Shown: piece after piece, positions 56,654-64,000 of the stretch
How positions within the stretch are numbered: the first letter of the stretch is position 1
Layout: each line of letters opens with the position of its first letter
Assembly (NCBI GenBank): GCA_963744305.1
Contig: CAVUTF010000033.1
Coordinates: 63,991 to 127,990, forward strand
Source of the DNA: an uncultured Gammaproteobacteria bacterium
GTDB taxonomy: Bacteria; Pseudomonadota; Gammaproteobacteria; Steroidobacterales; Rariloculaceae
Length of the DNA: 64,000 nucleotides
Direction of reading: 5' to 3'
The notes under the pieces: model-generated
What the model saw: only the letters and a program-made list of their open reading frames with translations
What the model was told of the DNA's origin: nothing
Database searches by the model: none
Translations under genes and position numbers: made by a program

Positions 56654-57621
56654 TCATTGAGCCACGCTCGCGAGCGCAGCTTGCGCGCACTCGTTTGCAA
56701 CCGTGAGATACCGACGCACGGAGTCCGCGCCGACGACATACGGGTGCGCGTCTCCGGACTTGCGCGCCGCGAGCTTCGGCAGCTTGACCTTCGTGCCATC
56801 GTAGTCGGTGTGATTCGACAGCAGCACGTCCGCGCCGGCCGCCGCCGCAATGTCGCGCATGCGCGCGGCAGACGCGGCATAGGCCTTGAAGCGCTCGGGC
56901 TCGGGGCCGAAGTTGAACAATGTGCCGCCCCACAGCGCGCCTACGTGCGCGCGCCCGCCGTCGCGCAACGGGATCAGCGTCGACACGGTGCCGTTCGTGT
57001 GCCCCGGCGTGAGGTACATCGTGAGCGTCGTGTCGCCGAGCGTGAGCTTCTGGCCGTCGGTGATTTCCATGTCGCGGCGCGGCTTCCAGGGCGGATTGTC
57101 GCGCTCGAGCATGTCCCAGTCCGCAGCACTCATCAGGAGCCGTGCGCCGAAGCGTTCCTGCAGAAGCTTCGCACCGCCGGCGTGGTCGAGATGGCCGTGG
57201 CTGATCAGGACGTACTCGATGTCGGCCGGATCCATGCCGAGCTTGCGCAAGCCATCGACGACCTCGTCCTCGACCGAATAGTCGAAGAGCGGATCGATGA
57301 CGATGATGCCTGCGCTCGTGCGGACCGCCCAGGCCGTGAACTCCGTCATGCCGACGAAATAGAAGTTGTCGAACACTTTCGCGGGCTCCGCGTGCCACGA
57401 CTCGCGCGGCGGCGTCGGCGGAGGCGGCCGACGCGGATCGGCGGCCGCCACGGCGGCGGCCGCAGCCGGGCCGGGGCAGAGCCGGTCGACCATCGCGGCG
57501 TGCTCGCCCGCCGGCGGCGCGAGCGGCCGCGATGTGCCGTTCGACGGCCGGGTTCGGCGATTGAGCGAAGACGGCGCCAGCGAGACGTCACCGCGACGAA
57601 GCCGAAGACGAACGCTTTCAT
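56654..57621 (-). CDS. MBL-fold metallo-hydrolase (subclass B3-like), secreted; N-terminal frameshift near 57580
   Basis: FYFVGMTEFTAWAV, ISHGHLDHAGG, TPGHTNG and SNHTD are present. The signal-peptide start MKAFVFGFVAVTS lies in another frame (ORF 57346-57621). RBS GGGGGAG. Confidence 0.8.
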
Positions 57622-57649
57622 CTATGCAACTCCCCCGCGCCAACCCGCC

Positions 57650-59386
57650 TCATGGCAGTGCGAACACGAAGATTTCCGCAGCGCCGGCATCCGATGGCAA
57701 CTCGGGCGTGACGCGCCGCGTTGCCATCGCGACGAGCGAGGCGCCCGTCGTGACCGCGACGTATTGCTTGCCGTCGACTGCGAACGTGACGGGGAAACCG
57801 CTGACCGGCGTCGCCCAAATTCGTCTCCCAAAGCACGGCGCCGGTCGTGTCATCGAATGCCTTGAAATTGCCCGCCGCGTCGCCGCCGAACACGAGGCCG
57901 CCGCCCGTGGCCGCGAGCGACATCATTCCGCTGCGCTGCTCGTGCTTCCACCGCGTGGCGCCGGTTTCGGCGGAGACAGCCCACACGCTGCCGACCTTGT
58001 CCGTGCCGGGCGCGATGAGGGGCTCGCTCTGGAATCCGTAGACGAGCTTCGGGTCGCGCTCGCCGGTTTGCACCGTGGCTTTCATGCACATGTTCTGCAT
58101 CGGCATGTACATCGCGTTGGTGCGCGGGCTGTACGCGCCCGCCGGCCAGTTCTTACCGCCGTTGGTGCCGGGACACACCGTGAGCTCGTGACCCGCGTGT
58201 GTGAACAGCAGGTTCGGGATTCACGGTGACCTTGCCAGTCGCGCCGTCGATGCTGCTCACGACATTCTGCGTCACGGTTGGCCGTGCCCAGAGAAACTCG
58301 CCGGTCTCCCGATCGAGCGTGTAGACGATCCCGGTCTTGCCGGGAACGCCCGTGATCACCTTGCGGCGCTCGCCGCGGCGCACGCGCGGGTTGATCCACG
58401 CAACCTCGTCGGCGTCGGGTGCGACCGCAGTGTCGACGAGCAGCCGCTCGAACGGGTGATCGAGGTCCCAATGATCGTTGAGATGCTGGTAGTACCAGAC
58501 GATGCGGCCCGTGTCGGCGTCGAGCGCGAGCGTCGAGTTGTGATAAAGGTGCTGCTTGTCGTTGCCGCCCAGGATGAACTTCGGGGCCGGGATCGTTACC
58601 GACGTGCCGATGTAGATGCGATCGAGCCCGGGATCGTAGCTCGGCACCATCCATGTGCCGACATGCCAGCGCTGCTCCATCGGCACGTTGCCCCAGCTCT
58701 CATCGCCGGGCTCGCCCGGCCGCGGAATCGTACGCGTGCGCCAGAGCTCCTTGCCGGTGGCCGCATCATGCGCCGTGATCACGCACGACTCGTGAGTGGC
58801 GGCCGGCTGACACTGGCGCCCCGTGATCACCTTGCCGTTTGCGACGATTGGTCCCGAGCTCGCGCGCGCGGGCAGCGTCGCCTCGAGCACGGGCGTCTCC
58901 CACACGAGCTTGCCGGTGCGCGCATCGAGCGCGTACATCTGGTTGTCCGAGCTCGCATCGATCAGGGTCGTTCCCCAGATCGCGATATTGCGGTTCGTGC
59001 CTCCCTGGACGCCCTCCGGAAGCGTGCGCTTGTACTCCCACAGGAGCTCGCCTGACTTCGCGTCGAACGCCTGGATGTAGTCGCCGCGGTTCGGCACGTA
59101 CATCACGCCGTCGTAGACGAGCGGCGTGGACTCCTGGATGCCCTCGCCCATCGCATGCGTCCACACGCGCGTGAGACCGCCCGACGTTGCGCTTGTTGAT
59201 TTGATCGAGCGGACTGTAGCCCCAACCGTCGAGCGTGCGCCGCCACATCAGCCAATTCGCTGGATCGGGCTTCTGCAGCATCGCATCCGTGACCGGGACG
59301 AAAGAACGCTCGTCATCTGCGCTCGCAGGCATCGCAGCCGCCAACACCAACGCTGCCGGCAGTACTCGTAACAGATCAGAGCTCAT
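57650..59386 (-). pseudogene. PQQ-dependent dehydrogenase, paralog 3, about 3-4 frame breaks
   Basis: A signal peptide is followed by NWLMWRRTLDGWGYSPLDQINKRNV, ESTPLVYDGVMYVP, YALDARTGKLVWE, TGRQCQPAATHESCVITAHDAATGKELW, DHWDLDHPFE, CPGTNGGKNW and GKQYVAVTTG...IFVFALP. These are distributed over ORFs 58766-59386, 58153-59166, 57618-58178 and 57650-57853. Confidence 0.8.
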
Positions 59387-59434
59387 TTATTCCCCCAAGG
59401 ACGGTGTCAGGCACCGTTTTGTTGCTTTCGGTGA

Positions 59435-60619
59435 TCAGTCCCAGAACTTCCACCACGGCTTCGCCGGAGGCGCCGGCACGTCCGGCGCGTCGGCCGTCGC
59501 TGACGCTTCTTGGCCGGCGCGCGAGTAGTCGACGAACGTGAGCTCGGTGCACTTGTCCGGCGCGTATGGCAAGTCGGCCACGCCGATCGTGTCGGAGCCC
59601 GTGTACTGTCCGACGATGTTCACGGGATCCTCCGCGGTGTAGCTGCGCGTGATCTGCATCGTCTCCGGGTTCAGGGAGAACCGCTCGACGACGCGCAGTT
59701 GAGCGCTGTTCATGATCGGCGGCGACAAGACACCGGGCGCGAACCCGACCGTGTCGACGATCAACACGTCGTTTTCCCAGCGGCCGATCGAGTGCCCCGC
59801 GCGGCTCGGCGCGACGTTGGCCGGGTGCTCCGTCATGTCCATGTGGATCGTCCGCGTGAAACCGAGCTGGCCGTACTGCAACGTGATCGTGTCGCCGCCC
59901 TGCGTGATTCGGTTCACCGGGCCGTCGAAGGTCCAGTCGAACAGGATGCTCGTGGTCTCGCAGCGCATCCGGGGGTTCTCGGTGGTGTACGTGTCGAACG
60001 CGTCGGCTGCCGCCTTGCCGGCCTCCGTGTACTGCACATCGCGCGTGCGGTACTGGCGCGCGTTTGCTTCGGTCTCTTCGCCCGGTCGAAAACTCTCGGC
60101 TTCGCTGAGCGGCACGAGCGCGCCGCCGCGCCCGCGCGGATCCGTCATGACGAGCTGCTCGGGCGCCCAGTCGCCCGAAATGTTCGGCTCGCCGCTCGGC
60201 AGGCGCGCCGGCCGCGCTATCGGCTGCACCGGCGCCGGAGCTTTCGCGAGCTGGCCGTAGCGATCGGCGCTCGTGCCGTCGGCGAACACGATCGTGGAGA
60301 GATAGCACGAATTCGGGTCATCGCGATCGGGCGCGCCCGTGATCGTGACCTCCTCGCCGTTCTTGAACAGCTCGGGCGACCAGCCCGAGCGGCGCAGCAC
60401 GGTGGCCGCTCGCATCTCGCAGCGCCAGTTCGCCGTCTGCCCGTCTTCTTTGGTGACGGTGAGATACAGCCAGGAATGCGGATTCACGAAGTCGACGCCG
60501 GTGACCGTGCCTTTGATCGCGACTTCGCCGTTGCGGTCGAAGTTGCCGAAGCCGTGATGCGCCAATGCCGCGCTAGCGAGCAATGCAACCGCCGCAGAAA
60601 CGCTGACAGCTCGAATCAT
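59435..60619 (-). CDS. family B + family A fusion protein (uncharacterised), intact
   Basis: The signal peptide reads ...LASAALA|HHGFGNFD. Then GVDFVNPHSWLYLTV and VLRRSGWSPE (B domain) are followed by a linker and EPNISGDWAPE, RWENDVLIVDTVGFA, VVERF and AEDPVNIVG (A domain). RBS AAGGGAG. Confidence 0.72.
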   Translation of the reverse strand: MIRAVSVSAAVALLASAALAHHGFGNFDRNGEVAIKGTVTGVDFVNPHSWLYLTVTKEDGQTANWRCEMRAATVLRRSGWSPELFKNGEEVTITGAPDRDDPNSCYLSTIVFADGTSADRYGQLAKAPAPVQPIARPARLPSGEPNISGDWAPEQLVMTDPRGRGGALVPLSEAESFRPGEETEANARQYRTRDVQYTEAGKAAADAFDTYTTENPRMRCETTSILFDWTFDGPVNRITQGGDTITLQYGQLGFTRTIHMDMTEHPANVAPSRAGHSIGRWENDVLIVDTVGFAPGVLSPPIMNSAQLRVVERFSLNPETMQITRSYTAEDPVNIVGQYTGSDTIGVADLPYAPDKCTELTFVDYSRAGQEASATADAPDVPAPPAKPWWKFWD

Positions 60620-60765
60620 CGCCCGCTCCCTTGGCAGATTGGCCGCGTTCCATAGTAACAAACAACCCGCGGGCCAACCTGCGCTTTCGCCGCTCGAGCG
60701 GAGGCGTGTTGGGCACCTGATATCATGCGGCGCCATGGCGATGTGTCGCGGTCCGGAGGGCAGGA

Positions 60766-61809
60766 AGTGGTGAGAGAGAGCATTTGCTTGGGCGTTCTGT
60801 TGGCGCCGGTGGCAGAGCTTTTGCCATCACAGCGTCGCGTCCTGGTTCGATTCGAGCCAGGTGACGGAGCTTGAAGGCGAGCTCACCGAGCTCAAGTGGC
60901 AGAACCCGCACATCGTGTTCACTCTGAAGGTCACGGGCGAGGATGGACGCGAAACGCTCTGGGATATGGAGTCGCTGTCATTGAGCGGCGTGACCCGGAC
61001 GGGTCTTACACCCGACCTGCTCGTCGTCGGCCAAACCTTGAAGGTGGCCGGCAATCCGTCGCGACGAAACCTCAACAACGTGTTCGTGCGCAACATTCTG
61101 CTGCCGAGCGGCCAAGAGATCGTGCTCGGCCAGCAAGCGCGCTGGACGGCCGACTCGTCGCTGCGCGGCAGTGAAGTCCTACGAGAGCGCGACGGCGACA
61201 CATCGGCGCCCGCGCAAGGCATCTTCCGCGTCTGGAGCACGGGCTCCGGCACGTCGATGATCTTTCCGGAGAACATCACACCGAACTTCGACTTCAGCGT
61301 CTATCCCCTGACGCCCGCTGCAAAAAAAGTCCTCGACGAGTTCGATACATTTGAGGACGATCCGACGCGCAACTGCGCCCCGAAAGGCATGCCGTTGCTC
61401 ATGGAGCAGCCGTACCCGATGCAATTCGCGCGCGAGGGGGACGACATCGTGCTGCGGCTCGAGGAATACGACTCCCGCCGTGTGATTCACATGGACGCTG
61501 AGTCCGCGTCGGCGGCCGCTCGAGCGCCCGCTTCGCTCCTGGGCTACTCCGTCGGACGCTGGGAGGGCCGAGCGCTCGTCGTGACGACGACGCGCGTCAA
61601 TTTCGGCCACTTCGACAGCGTCGGAATCCCGTTGAGCGAGGCCGCCGAGATTCGTCGAGCGGTTCACGCCGAGCGAGGACGGCGCCCGCCTCGACTACGC
61701 GCTGACCGTGACCGATGCCGCCACATTCACGCGTCCCGTCGAGACGTCCAAGCACTGGATCTGGCTGCCCGGGATACGGTCGGCCGCTACGCCTGCTCTC
61801 GCGCAATAG
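60766..61809 (+). pseudogene. family B + family A fusion protein, about 3-4 frame breaks
   Basis: GTG follows GGAGG. The signal-like (V)RESICLGVLLAPVAEL then shifts at a T4 run (60819-60822) to HHSVASWFD...ELKWQNPHIVFTLKV. NCAPKGMPLLMEQPYPMQFA and RWEGRALVVTTTRVN follow. The C-terminus VERFTPSEDGARLDYALTVTD is in another frame. Confidence 0.6.
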
Positions 61810-61822
61810 CCGCGCCGCCGCG

Positions 61823-62538
61823 TCAGGCGGCGAGCATGCCGCTCAGCTTCGCGAGCATGTCGGCCTCGGCGGGGCGACCGGTGATCTGGCACGGACGCGA
61901 GCGCAGCAAGTCGTCCGCCACGGCCGCGCACCGGGACTCTCCGCGAGCACGCGGTTGAGGGTCGGTGTTTCCTCGAGCTTCAAAGCGTCGCCGAACACTT
62001 GTTGCGCGATGCTGAGCTCCTCCCAAAGAAAACAATCCGCGAGCATCACCGGCCGTTCACTCGTGCTCGCGTGCCAGCCCACTCATCGAGCGTGCGCTCG
62101 AGCGAGACCAAGTGAAGACGCAACCTCTCTAGGGTGCGCTTGAGCATCGCGGCGACTTCCACTCCGGGTACGCGACGTCCGCCCAGATCACCATGCCGAT
62201 CGGAACCATCACATCGATATAAGACTCGACGCGAGCATCTCGTGCCGAACGCTGTCTTCGTCGGACAGCCGCGCTCGGTCGCCGAGCTGTTCGTGCAGAA
62301 ACGCTTGAATGACGAGCATTTCGGCGATCAGCCGCTCGTTCCAGCGTAGCACCGGCAGCTTGTGAAACGGTCCGCAGACCTGCGGTCGGGACTATTGCGA
62401 GTCGCTCACTGAAGGTGCCCGAGAGCGGCACCCGGTGATCCTCGAAGGCGACGTCGCCGACAGCAGGTAATAGCGCAGATACTGCGCACGGCCGCGCGCG
62501 TCGAAATACGTCAATCGGATTCGGGGCTTGGGCGGCAT
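61823..62538 (-). pseudogene. glutathione S-transferase family protein, several frame breaks
   Basis: The N-terminus MPPKPRIRLTYFDARGRAQYLRYYLL(SADVAFED) is the GST thioredoxin-like pattern. The helical C-terminal domain fragments (VMLADCFLWEELSIAQQVFGD..., ...MLAKLSGMLAA) lie in ORFs 62392, 62129, 61843 and 61823, in different frames. Confidence 0.5.
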
Positions 62539-62643
62539 GCGGCGCAGTATATCGAGAATGCTTATGACGGTGTGCTCGCCTGTTGCAGTCGCACGGCGAT
62601 TCCTGTCAGATAAACGGCGTCGCAACCCCTAAGGGAATCCGGT

Positions 62644-63830
62644 ATGTCCCATTCGACCGTCCGCGCTTCGGCGCTCGGTATCGCAGCGTGCGGCGTCGTG
62701 CTGGCTAGCGCGCCGGCGCAACTCGCCGCCCAAGAGGTTTACAACTCCCAGCTCCACCCGTTCAAGGTCGTCACGGTCGCGGAAGGATCCGGAATCCGTG
62801 GAGCATGGCCTGGCTGCCGAACGGCGACATGCTCGTGACCGAGCGACCGGGGCGCCTGCGGATCGTGCGCGGGCAGGCTACTGCCACCCGTGGCCGGGGT
62901 GCCCGCGGTTCGCGCGCGGCCAAGGCGGACTGCAGGACGTCGTGGTGCATCCGAATTTCGCGACGAACAAGCTCGTCTATCTCAGCTTCGCAAAGCCGAA
63001 CGCCGACGGCTCGCAAGGCACGACCGCGGTCGTGCGCGGCGAAGCTCGAGAACGATCGCTGGAACGACGTCAAGGAGATCTTCGAGGCCCAGGCGTACAG
63101 CGCCGCGCCGGGCCACTACGGTGCACGCATGGTGTTCGACGGCAAAGGGCATCTGTTCCTGTCGTCCGGCGACAAGATGCGGAATGATGCCGCCGCAGGG
63201 CGATCGGTGCGGTGCACGAAGCTCGAAGGCCACCCGTCCAACGATGACCACAGGGCTCGATCCTGCGCTTGAACGAGGACGGTAGCGTCCGAAAGGACAA
63301 CCCGTTCGCCGGCCGGGCCGACGCTATGCCGGAGCTCTGGACGATCGGAATCGCAATCCTCAAGGATTCGCCTAAACCCGGAGACCGGCGACCTGTGGGA
63401 AACGGAGCATGGCCCGCAAGGCGGCGACGAGCTGAACTTGATCCGTCGGGGCGTGAACTATGGCTGGCCGGTCATCGCCTACGGCGTGAATTACCGCTCG
63501 GCACCGAGATCGGCCCGCGAGCGCCAGGGCATGGAGCAGCCGGCGGCGTTCTGGGTACCGTCGATCGCGCCCTCGGGTCTCATGTTCTATACCGGCGACA
63601 AGTTCCCGGAATGGAAGGGCAACGTGTTCGCCGGCGGCCTGTCGGCCGGCTATCAGCAGCTCTCGCGGCTCACGCTCGAGGGCACGCGCGTGACGAACCG
63701 CGAGCCGCTCCTACAAGGCAAGATGCGCATCCGCGACGTGCGCCAAGGTCCGGACGGCTACATCTACATCGCGACCGACAACACCCTCGGCAACCCAACG
63801 CCGATCGTGCGCCTCGAGCCTGCCGGCTGA
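62644..63830 (+). pseudogene. PQQ-dependent sugar dehydrogenase, second copy, about 5 frame breaks
   Basis: A signal peptide is followed by MAWLPNGDMLVTERPGRLRIV, GGLQDVVVHPNFATNKLVYLSF, GHYGARMVFDGKGHLFLSSGD, GVNYGWPVIAYGVNY and RDVRQGPDGYIYIATDN...IVRLEP. These are spread over ORFs 62644, 62805, 62798 and 63438. Confidence 0.78.
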
Positions 63831-64000
63831 ACGGCTACGAACCTCGAGCAAGGCTCGGGCAACGCGAGAAGCCTTCCTCGTGCGCGCGTGACGCCGCACG
63901 TGAGGCACTGATAGCCTTCTGCCTGACCAAAGTAAAAATATCGTCTGAATATGCCTGGCGAGCTCTTGTTCGGGCGTCCCGCTGCGCACAATCCGACGCG

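Noticed and set aside
59401-59420. Hairpin ACGGTG-tcagg-CACCGT followed by TTTGTT as a terminator
   Set aside because: The T-run is on the plus strand, but both flanking genes are on the minus strand, where the hairpin is followed by CCUUGGGGG. It is more likely an intercistronic stem than an intrinsic terminator.
1-64000. CRISPR arrays, tRNA/rRNA genes, transposases, integrases, phage or defence-system genes
   Set aside because: No direct-repeat/spacer arrays were seen, and no cloverleaf-like or rRNA-like sequence in the short intergenic regions. No ORF carries transposase, integrase, restriction or toxin motifs recognisable by eye. The absence is only as good as a manual read.
63831-64000. 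Possible start of a further gene at the right edge (ATG at 63951, MPGELLFGRPAAHN...)
   Set aside because: Only about 16 codons are visible, there is no clear RBS and no recognisable motif. The evidence is insufficient.

Overview
GC-rich bacterial chromosomal window with strong G/C bias at codon position 3, probably from a soil or sediment proteobacterium, though taxonomy cannot be fixed from sequence alone. No rRNA, tRNA, CRISPR array, transposase or integrase was seen.

Recognisable content:
- An ada / 2OG-oxygenase / alkB / GNAT alkylation-repair operon.
- Scattered aromatic-catabolic genes: pobA, a LigJ-like hydratase, an arylamine N-acetyltransferase, an HpaB-family monooxygenase with a flavin reductase, and a two-subunit hydroquinone-dioxygenase-like pair beside a LysR regulator.
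- C1/THF genes: an MTHFR-like gene and glyA.
- A DUF1592/DUF1552 pair next to a secreted ankyrin protein.
- A glycosyltransferase / LpxH-like / DgkA / PAP2 lipid cluster.
- An orphan histidine kinase.

The striking content is periplasmic:
- Six quinoprotein genes: three close ADH-type paralogs, one GDH-like lipoprotein and two sugar-dehydrogenase propellers.
- Two MBL hydrolases.
- Two heavily expanded secreted families I cannot assign a function. Family A has the motifs CxPxGxP ... RWEGDTLVV. Family B matures to an N-terminal His-His and carries WxNPH.
- A and B occur as adjacent genes, as B-A fusions and as an A-A tandem.

Roughly 40-50 single-base frame breaks (manual tracing, not exact) are concentrated at about 7-20 kb and 57-64 kb. 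The 20-57 kb stretch is almost clean. Boundaries of frameshifted genes are therefore approximate. Whether the breaks are assembly indels or real decay cannot be decided from the sequence alone.
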